From Pararhodobacter sp. (GTDB taxonomy: Bacteria; Pseudomonadota; Alphaproteobacteria; Rhodobacterales; Rhodobacteraceae): 64,000 nucleotides of DNA. The stretch's first letter is position 1, and each line of letters starts with the position of its first letter. Below the pieces are notes generated by a model. That model saw only the letters and a program-made list of their open reading frames with translations. It was not told where the DNA came from and made no database searches. The position numbers and the translations under genes are program-made. This document shows positions 46,234-56,313 of the stretch, one piece after another. The DNA is taken from the NCBI RefSeq assembly GCF_034676545.1, contig NZ_JAUCBZ010000011.1, forward strand, positions 47,433 to 111,432, read 5' to 3'.

Positions 46234-46767
46234 TCAGCCCTCGGTCTTTGCAGCTGCCGTGCGCTGCCTGGCGGCGGCGGCTCGGGCGTTTGCGCGTGCA
46301 TTCGGGCGCTCGGTCATCTGCCGCGCGGCCTCACGCTCAGCCCGCTCATCGTCGAAATCCGGAGCAAGCTTCTGCAACTTCTCGACCAACCCGTCGAGGT
46401 GATAGATGTTGGAGCCAAAATCCCCTGCCGCGGTCGTCTGCTGCTCACGCCGCAGAAACCCCTGCGCCTCGAGGTCGCGAATGTGCTTCTGCAAGGTCGT
46501 CTCGGACATCTGCAGACGCTCCAGCAGATTCCGCTTCGACGGGAAGGGTGGCTTTGCCGGGTCCATCCAGTAACTCAGCAGCTGAACCAGAATGTTGAAC
46601 TGGGCCGTGTTCAACCCAAGACGCTTCTGGCCCCGAACGAGGATGTTCGGAACTCCGGTAAAACCATGGCTCATCACGGCGGGGCCGAAGATCCTTTCGG
46701 TCGAGGACTTCTGACGCCTTGCCTGGCCAGCTTCTGCCTTTTGTGGCGGTGTCTTCTTCTGGGGCAT
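46234..46767 (-). CDS. winged-HTH DNA-binding protein (HTH_36-like)
   Basis: GFTGVPNILVRGQKRLGLNTAQFNILVQLLSYWMDPAKPPFPSKRNLLERLQMSETTLQKHIRDLEAQGFLRRE...SNIYHLDGL matches the HTH_36 pattern as I recall it. Confidence 0.55.
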   Translation of the reverse strand: MPQKKTPPQKAEAGQARRQKSSTERIFGPAVMSHGFTGVPNILVRGQKRLGLNTAQFNILVQLLSYWMDPAKPPFPSKRNLLERLQMSETTLQKHIRDLEAQGFLRREQQTTAAGDFGSNIYHLDGLVEKLQKLAPDFDDERAEREAARQMTERPNARANARAAAARQRTAAAKTEG

Positions 46768-47266
46768 GGCTCGCGCCTCCTTTCGGCATTGGATCTACGA
46801 GCCACGTTTCCCTGGAACAAGGCGCTCCAAAGGGTTGGCGGTGTGCAGTTTCTACGCCCACCTGTATTCCGGTATCCCGGTGACTGCTGCTTCCCGTTGA
46901 CTGGATGACGGTACTTAGCTGTCCAGCTTCTTGGGTCAGGTGGACCGAGATCTACACCTACCCGTGGGGGCAAATATTTGCCATCGCGAAACGCCCGTGA
47001 ATCCCGGAAATCTTCCGGATCCTCTCGCCAGAATAGCGCCGCTTATCGGCAAGCGCCACACCGGTAGCCCGCGCGCGTTCGTCGAATGTGCGAACCCGCA
47101 GCTCCATCAAAGATGGTGTTGCAACGAGCACGACTCACCACTACGTTCAGCTTCCAAGGGTGAATCCCGTAGCTGTCGCCGGCTGAAACCTTCATCTCCT
47201 GATACTGCAACTGACCTCGATCTCTCACTCGATGGTCGTGTCTAACCGGCGATCACGGCCCTGGAG

Positions 47267-48055
47267 ATGAGCATGATCGACGCCACCATTCCGTTTCACC
47301 TGTCCGCAGCCGACTTGCCTACACTGAAAAAGGCAGAGGCACTGCATCTGCCAGATATTGCTCCCAGCCTCCGCCCTGAGTTCGTTGCGCGCGCGTTTGG
47401 CTTTCGAACAGCCACCGGTTTCCGGAAAACGCTCGAAGTGGTTCCTGATCGCGAGCATGAAATCAGTCTCTCCTTCCAGTCGGCGGCGGACTTCACCCGT
47501 GCTCGTGGTCTCACCGTGACGGCTCGGCGCGTCTATGATATTCTCGCTACGACCGTGATGGTGAAGGAAGCATCACGGGATCCCGAGATCAACGACATGG
47601 GTTACGGCAACAGATATCTGTGGCCGGAAAACCGACACATCCGCGACGAACTGGCTGCTGTGCCCGTCCATATGCAGGGCGGTGTCCGGTCGGCAATCTG
47701 GCGCAAGCGGATCAGCGAGTCTCGTGCCAAGGTAACGGACATCGCGAAACGTGACAGCCTCCTTCATGCGCTAGCCTATGCGTCCTGCCTGGAGAAGATC
47801 AAGACGACGCAAGAAAAAGGTGCCTACTTCCTGAAGCACCGAGCCGAAGAAACGCCCTTCCGGCTCTTCGGAGACGTGGTGATTGGACACAATTACGTAT
47901 CAAATACGGATATGATCATCGCCATGCTGCATCTCGGCTTCCAGATGGATGGTCGGCACCGGATGGAGGAAAGGCTCCACCCACGGTTCAACTATTCCAT
48001 GAAGTCGGTCAACTCTATGAAGCCGTACTCCGTCCGTTACAAAGACGCAGCTTAA
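47267..48055 (+). CDS. 262-aa hypothetical protein
   Basis: ORF track only. Lower GC than the flanking T4SS genes. No motif assigned. Confidence 0.45.
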   Translation: MSMIDATIPFHLSAADLPTLKKAEALHLPDIAPSLRPEFVARAFGFRTATGFRKTLEVVPDREHEISLSFQSAADFTRARGLTVTARRVYDILATTVMVKEASRDPEINDMGYGNRYLWPENRHIRDELAAVPVHMQGGVRSAIWRKRISESRAKVTDIAKRDSLLHALAYASCLEKIKTTQEKGAYFLKHRAEETPFRLFGDVVIGHNYVSNTDMIIAMLHLGFQMDGRHRMEERLHPRFNYSMKSVNSMKPYSVRYKDAA

Positions 48056-48300
48056 GCTGATTCTGCACCAGCCACACCGGGAAGCGGTGATCGCTGTGAT
48101 TAGCGCCTGCAACATTGGATGGTGAGCGCTTAGCGTTCACCATCCAAGCCGTGGACATCAACCATTTAACGTCCGCGCCCTGCCTGCCGTGACATATGTC
48201 TACGCTTCCTGTTCGATCGAGACAGAACTGAACCGGCAACCGCTTTCGTCTTTTCCGAGTAACGATCACTGCGCAGAAGGGCCCGTTCCGCCAGAGGTCT

Positions 48301-50283
48301 TCAAACCTCCATGCCTGTGAGCTTCTGAGAAAACTTGCTCATCTTGGCAACTGCGATCGAGACGGATGGCTTCAGGGCATCGAGATCAACCTCGGGCGAG
48401 GCGACCGCTTTTCCTTCGGCCTGCACTTCGGCATCGGTTTCTGCCCGCGCCGCCTTCGCTGACTTTTCCTGCCGCGACACAACCTCGGCTGCCAATTTCG
48501 GCTCAGGCTCCACCGGGGTGTCCGGCTTCGCCTTCTCAGGTCGCACAAAATCGACCACTATCCTTTCGGCCAATCGGCGCTCCAGCGCTTCCATCCGCGC
48601 GGTCAGCACCTGAACTGCGGCAGCTTCCTTGGGCGGATAGGGCAAGGGCCCGGACTGCGCCTCAAATAGCGCCTTGAAGGTCGGGTCCTGGAAATACACG
48701 ATCCGATGGACGAGGAGCGGGTTTTGCCGTTCCGGGATGAGGACGGCCTGATCCGGGTTCAGCCGCCGGACTTCGTCGGGGGTCAGGAGGGGACGCTCCT
48801 CCATTCGCCGGCTGACCGAGCGTCGCTGCATGAAGTCCCGATCCCGGGAAACACTGTCCGACACCGAGAGCTTCGTCGTCTTCCCCAACGCATCCGAAAT
48901 CTCCCCCGCCGTCTTTTTGTCGTTGGCCGCGAGGTAGAGCTTCATGCCGGCAGCGGACTCGAGGGACATCCGGACGTTTTCGCCATAGATGTTGTCGAGG
49001 CCGGGGATCGACTGGGTGATGATCGACACTCGCGCGCCGTGACCGGCGAGCTGCTTCAGTGCCTGCTCGACGATGGGCATCGGCCCAAGCTGGTCGAATT
49101 CATCCAGCATGACCATGACGGGCCAGGGTTCGGATTTTGGGTCGGGGAGGGTGGAACGCATCGTGGCGATGAGCTCGCCGAAAAACAGACGAACGAGCGG
49201 CGACAGGGTGCGGATGTCATCGGCGTTGACGACGACATAGATCGACATCGGGTGCTTGCGGAGATCCGTGAAGGAGAAGTCGTTGCCGGAGGTGGCGCGA
49301 TCTACCGCCGGGTTGTTCCAGAGCGTCATGCCCGCGCCGCCCAAGACCGAGGCATGAGAGGACAAGGTCCGGTCGGAGTAGCCTGCAAACTTGCGGAAAG
49401 TCTGGGCAGCGTTGGGGTGCTTCACCTCCTCGGCATGCTCGCCGTAAACCTCCTGGGTAGCGCCCCGGCCAAAGAGGATGCGGCTGATCTCGCCGATGGT
49501 GGGCTTGCCCCGTTCAATGGCCAGAAGGCCAGCAGCCACGAACAGCTCGCGCCCTTCGGTCAGGAAGTCGCCCGCCGTCCCCTTGTCCGAAACTGTCAGG
49601 AAGTAGTCCGAGATCTTGGCGAGTTCCGTGTAGCGCTGTTCCAAGTTTTCAATGCGGGCAACGCGTTCGAGCGGGTTGTAGCGATGGGTCGGATGTTCAA
49701 AATCGAATGGTGAGAAGCGATAGACCGCATCGCCCTCCGCTTGCCGGTGCCGAGACGTTGCTTCGAAAATCTCCCCCTTCACGTCGAGGACGACGATGCT
49801 GCCATTGAAGAGGAGGGTGTTCGGGATGACATAGCCCACGCCCTTGCCGGCGCGGGTGGGCGCGACAACCAGACAATGCGGGAACTTCTGGAACGTGGCG
49901 CTGACGTAAGGCGCGCGCTTTGAAGGTGCCCCGAGCTTGCCGAAGACCATGCCGGCGCCCAAGGGCTGCAAGAGACCATTCGCCTTCATTTCAGGGCGGG
50001 CCTGGAACTTGGCCTGACCATAGCCTGTGAGCTGCTGGCGGAAGGTCAGGGCGACGGCGGCAATCGTGAAGAGAACGGTCGAGGCACCGACGATCTGCCA
50101 GGGCAGAACCCAAGGCACGGACGACAACCGCGCGAAACCCGGGAATTCTTCGATCAGGACGAAGATGCCGGTCGCGTTCGGATCGCGGCCCAAGATCAGG
50201 TTCAGAGCGAGGCCGCCGGCAATGAGGCCCACGAGGAGCCCGGCCGACAGACCGAGCGGGAGCAACAGCGCGATACGGTGCAT
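48301..50283 (-). CDS. virD4: type IV coupling protein VirD4/TraG
   Basis: N-terminal TM segments, Walker A VVAPTRAGKGVGYVIPN, Walker B VMVMLDEFDQLG. Confidence 0.9.
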   Translation of the reverse strand: MHRIALLLPLGLSAGLLVGLIAGGLALNLILGRDPNATGIFVLIEEFPGFARLSSVPWVLPWQIVGASTVLFTIAAVALTFRQQLTGYGQAKFQARPEMKANGLLQPLGAGMVFGKLGAPSKRAPYVSATFQKFPHCLVVAPTRAGKGVGYVIPNTLLFNGSIVVLDVKGEIFEATSRHRQAEGDAVYRFSPFDFEHPTHRYNPLERVARIENLEQRYTELAKISDYFLTVSDKGTAGDFLTEGRELFVAAGLLAIERGKPTIGEISRILFGRGATQEVYGEHAEEVKHPNAAQTFRKFAGYSDRTLSSHASVLGGAGMTLWNNPAVDRATSGNDFSFTDLRKHPMSIYVVVNADDIRTLSPLVRLFFGELIATMRSTLPDPKSEPWPVMVMLDEFDQLGPMPIVEQALKQLAGHGARVSIITQSIPGLDNIYGENVRMSLESAAGMKLYLAANDKKTAGEISDALGKTTKLSVSDSVSRDRDFMQRRSVSRRMEERPLLTPDEVRRLNPDQAVLIPERQNPLLVHRIVYFQDPTFKALFEAQSGPLPYPPKEAAAVQVLTARMEALERRLAERIVVDFVRPEKAKPDTPVEPEPKLAAEVVSRQEKSAKAARAETDAEVQAEGKAVASPEVDLDALKPSVSIAVAKMSKFSQKLTGMEV

Positions 50284-50285
50284 GG

Positions 50286-52496
50286 TCAGAATTCCCGGTC
50301 CTTGGCATGTGTCCGGTCATGAACAGGCGCGCGCGCATGTTCCGGCGGCTTGTTCGCGGCCTCGGCAGCCATCCGGCGCTCTGCAGCTTCGACCTCATGG
50401 GCGCTGAGGCCGAGGGAAGGGTGTTCCTTTGCCGCGGAAACAACGGCCGCTGCCATAGCCTGGCGGGCGCTCGCGTCGGGAACATCCTTGGCCAAGGCAT
50501 CGGTGCGCCCGGCGGCCATGTCTTTCAGGACGGAAGCGCCATAACGCTCCTTCATCTCCTCAGTGAAATCCCGTGCTTGCGTCTCATTGCGGAAGACGAC
50601 GGAGCCTTGCTGGGCATGGAGTTTCGCCATCTTGTCCAGGGCCTCGACCATGGGATCACGGGCTCGCGACAGATCGACGCCGCGAGCGGACTGGATCATC
50701 TCAGCGGCGCGTTCGTAGAAGCGATCCAGGCGTTCGGCGGCCGCGCTGCGGCCTTGCGGGTTGTCGAGGTCATAGCCATGACGCTTGGCGACGTCGCTGA
50801 GATCGGATTTCACCCAGGCTTCTTCTTGGCGGGCGTTGGCGGCACCAGTTTCGAGACGCTTGCCAAGTTTTTCGGCGTCGATGCCTGCGAGGCCGGCGTT
50901 GAGGGCCAGACTTGCCTGCAGATTGCCGGCACCGCCGGTTTGAAGTGCCGTTTCTTCGCCTGCTATCGACAACGTCGTTGGGTTGATCGCCGTGCTGTAG
51001 AGTGTCGAACGTGGAGGGGCCTCGCGCCCGGCCTGATCTCTGTCGAGACCAAAGGCTGCCGCGGCTTCCTTGGCGATACCCAGCATTTCGGATCGCAGCT
51101 CTTCCTGTTGCTCGGACGGCAGTCGGTCGATCCGGGCATCCGACTGCGCCACCCAGGCGGAGATCGTCCGCGCGGGATCAGCCGTGAAGTCGCTGTGCAA
51201 CCTTTCGTCTTCGACATGGGCCGTGAGAACCGGGCTCTCGGCCAAATGCTTGGCCAAGGTCTCACTCAGGGGCCCTTCATCCGGGAACTTGGCCAACACC
51301 TCAACACTCCCATCGCGGCCATAGGAGGTGACGGCCAGGAGTTCATCGGGCAGAAAGCCTCTCGAACCTTCGCCGTCGACAAACCGGCCGGTGCCAAGGG
51401 TGGCTTCGGCATCGGCGATATGCTCGGCCACGACCTGCCGAAACGCGGTATCGGCGACCAGACGTTCGGCAAGATCGCGACTCGCTTCCGTGTCTCGGCC
51501 AAGGGTCAGGACGAGTTGGGCCTCTTCGCCCGCGTAGATCGCGGTTTCCGGGCGGGGGAGTTCCGGCTGTTCGCGATGCTCCAATACGAGGCCCGAGGGC
51601 ACGCGGTCCGCATCATCGTCCGTGTCATGCTCCATCGCCGCGGCCCGGCTGATGGCAATCTCGAGCCCCTCTTCGCCGCCTTCGTAGAAATCCCAGGCGT
51701 GGCGCAGGGCATCGCGGCTGGTCGCAAAGGCCCGGTCCGAAAAGCTGATCTCCGTCTCTCCTTCCGGCACCCTTGCCTCAAAGCCTGCATGTAGACCCCT
51801 GTCGGTTGCGACAGTCACTGGGCGCAATTCAACATTCCGGTCAGTGGTCACCCAATCTCCGGTCGCAACCACTTGCGGCTTCTCCGCCGTGATCACCTGA
51901 CCAACCTGCGCTTCCGCTTCCACCACCCCTTCCCGCGCCTTCACTGCCGCCTGCAAAATGGGTCCCGGTGCAGGTTCCTCCGTCCGATCTGACCAAAGGC
52001 TTGCTGCCTTCTCGGGTTCGCGGCGTGCGTAGGCCTCGAGGTCATCTTTCAGCACGGCATCCAGCCGCTCGACAACGGTTTCACCGTCCCGACCGGCTTG
52101 GACCCTCTCAAGACGCTCGGAGATCGAAGCCTCCATCGCCGCCAGGAACCCGGCCCGGAATTCCGCATCCGGGGCATGCGAGTCCGGCAGCGATTTGAAA
52201 TACCGCGTTTCGCCGCCTTCGTGTGTCCCATGGAGTTCCGTGCGGGCCATGGTCCGGGCGGTGTTGCCGTCGACATGGGTCACCGAAGGCCGCTCAACCG
52301 GATCGGCCCGGAAGAAGGCCTCGCCGGCAAGACGCGGGTCTTCGAACTCCTGTGAAGACCCGGAGAAGGTCAAGCGGACGGAGAAGTATTCCTTCTTCCG
52401 CTCCGCGGCCCCAATGGTTGCACCTGCTTCGGGTTCTTGGGTCGCGGCGCGAACTGCGGACTCTTTCAGATGCTGGGCGTCAATGTCCTGATCCAT
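50286..52496 (-). CDS. 736-aa T4SS-operon protein sharing only the C-terminal module of the MOBQ relaxase (no nuclease domain)
   Basis: C-terminus RLETGAANA...FYERAAEMI...FRNETQARDFTEEMKERYGASVLKDMAAGRTDALAKDV...AVVSAAKEH aligns by eye with relaxase residues encoded at about 21100-21600. The N-terminal ~500 aa lack an HUH/His-triad motif. The stop lies 2 nt before the virD4 ATG. Confidence 0.65.
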   Translation of the reverse strand: MDQDIDAQHLKESAVRAATQEPEAGATIGAAERKKEYFSVRLTFSGSSQEFEDPRLAGEAFFRADPVERPSVTHVDGNTARTMARTELHGTHEGGETRYFKSLPDSHAPDAEFRAGFLAAMEASISERLERVQAGRDGETVVERLDAVLKDDLEAYARREPEKAASLWSDRTEEPAPGPILQAAVKAREGVVEAEAQVGQVITAEKPQVVATGDWVTTDRNVELRPVTVATDRGLHAGFEARVPEGETEISFSDRAFATSRDALRHAWDFYEGGEEGLEIAISRAAAMEHDTDDDADRVPSGLVLEHREQPELPRPETAIYAGEEAQLVLTLGRDTEASRDLAERLVADTAFRQVVAEHIADAEATLGTGRFVDGEGSRGFLPDELLAVTSYGRDGSVEVLAKFPDEGPLSETLAKHLAESPVLTAHVEDERLHSDFTADPARTISAWVAQSDARIDRLPSEQQEELRSEMLGIAKEAAAAFGLDRDQAGREAPPRSTLYSTAINPTTLSIAGEETALQTGGAGNLQASLALNAGLAGIDAEKLGKRLETGAANARQEEAWVKSDLSDVAKRHGYDLDNPQGRSAAAERLDRFYERAAEMIQSARGVDLSRARDPMVEALDKMAKLHAQQGSVVFRNETQARDFTEEMKERYGASVLKDMAAGRTDALAKDVPDASARQAMAAAVVSAAKEHPSLGLSAHEVEAAERRMAAEAANKPPEHARAPVHDRTHAKDREF

Positions 52497-52561
52497 GAAT
52501 GCAACCTTTCAGCCCGCTGGCCGATCAAAAGTGGAATGGGAGGGGCGAAGACCGCAGCCCG

Positions 52562-53548
52562 TCAGTCCTCGAGCCCGGGGAAATACATCTCCATGATCCC
52601 GCGGCGGTCGCCTTGGCGGCCCATCTGCAAGATCACGTCGATCGAGGTCTCGAGGTACCGGATGACCTCGGCGAAGCTGAGTTTGGTTCCCTGCGCCATG
52701 ACGAGAAGCGCCAGCCGGTCCATTGCTTTCCTCGCCGAATGGGCGTGGAGCGTCGTGAACGAACCCGAGTGCCCGGTATTGATCGCATCGAGAAACGTCG
52801 CGGCCTCCGCCCCGCGCAGTTCGCCGAGGATGATCCGGTCGGGCCGAAGCCGTAAGGTCGCCTGCAACAGTTTGTCTGCGGAGCGGGGCGAGGCCTCGTC
52901 GCGCTGCGCGATGAGGCTCACCGTATTGGGCTGGCCCGGCAAGAGTTCTAGGGAATCCTCGATTGTGATGATGCGCTCGTCTGACGCAACCATCTCCAGA
53001 AGCTTGCGGCCAAGCTCGGTCTTGCCTGTCGAGGTGCCGCCCGAGACGATGACGTTCAGCCGTTCTGTGACGAGACGCCCGAGGAAGGCATCGACATCCG
53101 CCCCCTCCGACCCGGCGCGGATTTCCGCGATCATGACCCGCCGCTCTTCTTCCAGGGATTTTTCTTGGCCCCGCAAGAAGCTGAAGGATCGCGGCGCGCG
53201 CTTTTGGGCGCCCTGCCGGGACCGGAACACCCGGATGCCAATGACCGTGCCGCCGGAGACGGCGGGCGTGCCAACCACCTGACAGCGCAGCATCAGATCT
53301 CGGTAGCGCACCGCCGCCGACACGAGGGGTGCGGCTTCCGTGAAGGTGTTCGCGGTTGAATTGGCGATCTGGGCGGCGAGATCGCGCACCGAACGCGCGG
53401 GTAGGGGCGGAAGCCCGCTCGGGCCCATGTGAATTTGCCCCGACCGTTCCACCCAGATCGTGCCATCAGCATTGATCGCAAGCTCCATGACGGCCGGGTC
53501 AGAGAGTGCCGCGTCGAGCTGCCCGAGATAGGTATCGAGGTAGCTCAT
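52562..53548 (-). CDS. virB11: VirB11 secretion ATPase
   Basis: Walker A VSGGTSTGKTELGRKL. RPDRIILGELRG and TGHSGSFTTLHA are characteristic boxes. Confidence 0.9.
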   Translation of the reverse strand: MSYLDTYLGQLDAALSDPAVMELAINADGTIWVERSGQIHMGPSGLPPLPARSVRDLAAQIANSTANTFTEAAPLVSAAVRYRDLMLRCQVVGTPAVSGGTVIGIRVFRSRQGAQKRAPRSFSFLRGQEKSLEEERRVMIAEIRAGSEGADVDAFLGRLVTERLNVIVSGGTSTGKTELGRKLLEMVASDERIITIEDSLELLPGQPNTVSLIAQRDEASPRSADKLLQATLRLRPDRIILGELRGAEAATFLDAINTGHSGSFTTLHAHSARKAMDRLALLVMAQGTKLSFAEVIRYLETSIDVILQMGRQGDRRGIMEMYFPGLED

Positions 53549-54870
53549 CAGTAGAACTCGATGTCGGCATCGACCCGGACCATGACGACAGCCCCCTGAT
53601 TGACGCTGATCGTCGGCGGAATGCGGAGGTAATCGGCCATGACATCATTCACGGCTTCGCCAAGGTCATTGCCGACATTCTCGGCGGTGTCGGATGCCAC
53701 CTCGTCGCCCTCGTACCGGGCAGCCGCGATCGCAGGGACGGCCCCGATCACCGAGATCAGGGCGGCGGTGCCGAAGCGCTGCAGGAAGTGGTTGCGCACC
53801 TTGCCGGGCAGGCCGGAGCGCCCGATCCGGTCCGTGCCGTAAGCCGCGATTTCCACGGATTGGCCATCCGTCGTCACGATCCGGTCCCAGGCAATCAGCA
53901 CCCGGCGCTGACCGGCATCGACCTCGGAATCGTAGCGGCCGAAGAGGCGGGAGCCGCGTGGGATGAGGACGCGGGACATATCGAAGGACCAGACATCGTG
54001 GCTGACGATGGCAGCGACATTGCCGGAAAGATCGGTGCTGACGGCGGTCTCGAGCGAGGCCTCGATCAGGGTGCCCTGCATCACGGTATAGGCTGGGTTG
54101 GCGATCACCTCCGCCTGACGGACCTCGGCCGATTTGGCGCCCGCGCGTCGGAAGGCCTCATCGCCCGTGACAGCGGCCCCTCCACCTCCGGGACCGGCCG
54201 CCGGGGCTGCGCCACCCGACTCCCCGCCCATATCCATGGAAGAGCGCATCGCGACCATGTCGGAATGGATCTGGGCTTCCTTCAGCATCTCGGCTTCCTG
54301 GCGCTTGCGCGCCAGTTCCTCTTCGCGGGCTCGTGCCGCTTCGGCCTCCGCGTCACCCTCGACGAGCGCCTTGGTCTCAAGTTCGGTCTGGAGACGGATG
54401 TTCTCGCGTTCGAGGTCAGAGAGGGCGGCCTCCCGCGCCTTGGCTTCGGCATCGAGGGCAGCCACTTGTGCTTTCAGGTCCGCGAGCGCCGCCTCATCGG
54501 TGACGGTTACGGGATTGGCTTTCAGATCGGCGATCTGGGCATTCAGCGCCTCGATCTCGGCCTTGAGCCGATCCGCTTCGGAAGTATCCGGGACGGCCGG
54601 GACGATCTGCGGCTTTTCCTTCGTGATTGAAAAACCGTCGGCACCTTGCGCTCCTTGGAAGTCACTGACCGAAGCGGTTTCGAGCGCGGGTGCCGGGGCA
54701 GGGGCATCCGGTGCGGCGAGGACAAGCCAGGCCCCAACGCCGACGCCCGCCACGGCGGTCACCACTGAGAGGGCGTAAGGGTTCACGCCGCGTCGGCGTT
54801 TTGGGAGCTCGGAGGGTTTCATACGAGCCATGCGCGCGGCGAGTTTTCCGTCCAGATCCTCTTCGCTCAT
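53548..54870 (-). CDS. virB10: VirB10/TrbI
   Basis: N-terminal TM segment, Pro/Ala-rich and coiled-coil linker. C-terminal TrbI domain GTLIEASLETAVSTDLSG...RVLIAWDRIVTTDGQSV...GLPGKVRNHF. Confidence 0.85.
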   Translation of the reverse strand: MSEEDLDGKLAARMARMKPSELPKRRRGVNPYALSVVTAVAGVGVGAWLVLAAPDAPAPAPALETASVSDFQGAQGADGFSITKEKPQIVPAVPDTSEADRLKAEIEALNAQIADLKANPVTVTDEAALADLKAQVAALDAEAKAREAALSDLERENIRLQTELETKALVEGDAEAEAARAREEELARKRQEAEMLKEAQIHSDMVAMRSSMDMGGESGGAAPAAGPGGGGAAVTGDEAFRRAGAKSAEVRQAEVIANPAYTVMQGTLIEASLETAVSTDLSGNVAAIVSHDVWSFDMSRVLIPRGSRLFGRYDSEVDAGQRRVLIAWDRIVTTDGQSVEIAAYGTDRIGRSGLPGKVRNHFLQRFGTAALISVIGAVPAIAAARYEGDEVASDTAENVGNDLGEAVNDVMADYLRIPPTISVNQGAVVMVRVDADIEFY

Positions 54871-55583
54871 TGGCCGATCCCCGCTTCCGCGGTCACGCAG
54901 ACATACTCATCGCCGTAGCGCAGGACCCAGCGTTCGGAGCGGGTGCTGACGGTGATCGTGGTGCCGCGCACGGCGGAGTTGACCGAATATTCCTGCCCCT
55001 TGGCATCGGCCCGGAAGATCGTCGGCATTGGGGCACCGGGCGGGATGACGAAGGTGGTCTTCCGCCCATCATCCGAGATCGACACCGGCGCGAAGTCGGG
55101 GAGCCGCTTGCCCTTTTTCATGACCTTGTAGGTCATCGGCAGGGCCGCCGGGATCTCGGTTCCGGCCGAGGTGCCGCGGGAGTTGCCCGGCACGGTGAAC
55201 TTCACCGAATAGTTCGGACTGCCCTTGGCGCTTTCCGTCACTTGCAGGAAATAGATGTTCTTCTGGGTCTCGACCGTCAGGTTGGTCGTGGCACCCGCTA
55301 CCACCGGCTTGATGATGAAGAGGTTAGACCGCTCGAGCTTGTCGATCTTGAAGCTTTCGAGATCGCCGATGGCGATGGACTGGATCTTCTCGCCGTCGCC
55401 CAGCTCGACAAGGGTCACGGTCCGGAGCCGCGTGGTGATCCGGTAGACCTGACCCTCCTGATAGGTGGCATAGGTTACCCGGGCATCATGGCTGCCTGAT
55501 TTCGGGGCGGTCTCGGCAAAGGCGGGCAGGGCCGCGAGGCTGGCCACAAGACCCGCCGTGAGGAATGTGAAGCGTCGGGTCAT
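54867..55583 (-). CDS. virB9: VirB9/TrbG outer-membrane core component
   Basis: Signal peptide MTRRFTFLTAGLVASLAALPAFA. VTYATYQEGQVYRITTRLRTVTLVEL...NLFIIKP...TNLTV. Start at 55583, just after the virB8 stop. Confidence 0.85.
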   Translation of the reverse strand: MTRRFTFLTAGLVASLAALPAFAETAPKSGSHDARVTYATYQEGQVYRITTRLRTVTLVELGDGEKIQSIAIGDLESFKIDKLERSNLFIIKPVVAGATTNLTVETQKNIYFLQVTESAKGSPNYSVKFTVPGNSRGTSAGTEIPAALPMTYKVMKKGKRLPDFAPVSISDDGRKTTFVIPPGAPMPTIFRADAKGQEYSVNSAVRGTTITVSTRSERWVLRYGDEYVCVTAEAGIGQ

Positions 55584-55584
55584 G

Positions 55585-56265
55585 TCAGCCTTCCGAAGGG
55601 GTGAGGGCCTCGGATGTGAGGCGATAATCGGTGACGAGGAATCCGGTCGGGTTTTGCCAGACGAGATCGAGGGCGGTCTGTTTGGTGGGCTCAAACCGGA
55701 AGGTGACGGTCGCGGTAAACTTGCCTTCCCGGTCGGGGATGCCCTCGCCATCCGAGACCCAGGTCTTGGTGAAGCGGACCTGCGCGGTGGTCTCGGTCAC
55801 CGGCGTGATCGAGAGAATGTCGACCCGGACCTTGGAGCTCTCGCCGTAAAGCTTCGGCGGGTAATTGGGGTGGCCCTCGGTCCAGAGCGCCACGAGGGAC
55901 GACTTCGCATTGGCCTCGGACCAGGTGTAGGCGCGGAGGATCCGTTCCTCGTTGTCGTGCTGGTCATAGGTTTCGCGGTCGGTGACATAGGCGAAGAGGA
56001 GGCTTTGCCGGATGGCCTCGGCCTGTTCCATTCCGGCCTTCTCGACGGCGACCACCCGCTCGGCAACGCCGGTATCCTTGTCGACGATGGCGAGGAAGGC
56101 CTCGGTCTCTTTCAGGGGCAGGAGGGTCACAACGGCGATCATGCCCATGAGGCCGATGGCGAGCCCGCCGCCCGCCACCGCATAGGCGATGCGCTCGCGT
56201 TTCTTCACGCCGAAAAACATCTCGGCTTCGAGAAAACTTCTCAGTTCAGGGGGTGAACCTGTCAT
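55585..56265 (-). CDS. virB8: VirB8
   Basis: Single TM segment. C-terminal WQNPTGFLVTDYRLTSE matches the NPxGF signature of VirB8. Confidence 0.8.
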   Translation of the reverse strand: MTGSPPELRSFLEAEMFFGVKKRERIAYAVAGGGLAIGLMGMIAVVTLLPLKETEAFLAIVDKDTGVAERVVAVEKAGMEQAEAIRQSLLFAYVTDRETYDQHDNEERILRAYTWSEANAKSSLVALWTEGHPNYPPKLYGESSKVRVDILSITPVTETTAQVRFTKTWVSDGEGIPDREGKFTATVTFRFEPTKQTALDLVWQNPTGFLVTDYRLTSEALTPSEG

Positions 56266-56313
56266 GGTCTTGCTCCGGGAAAGGGGGTTTGGCGCGGCTG
56301 GCGGGTGGCTGGT

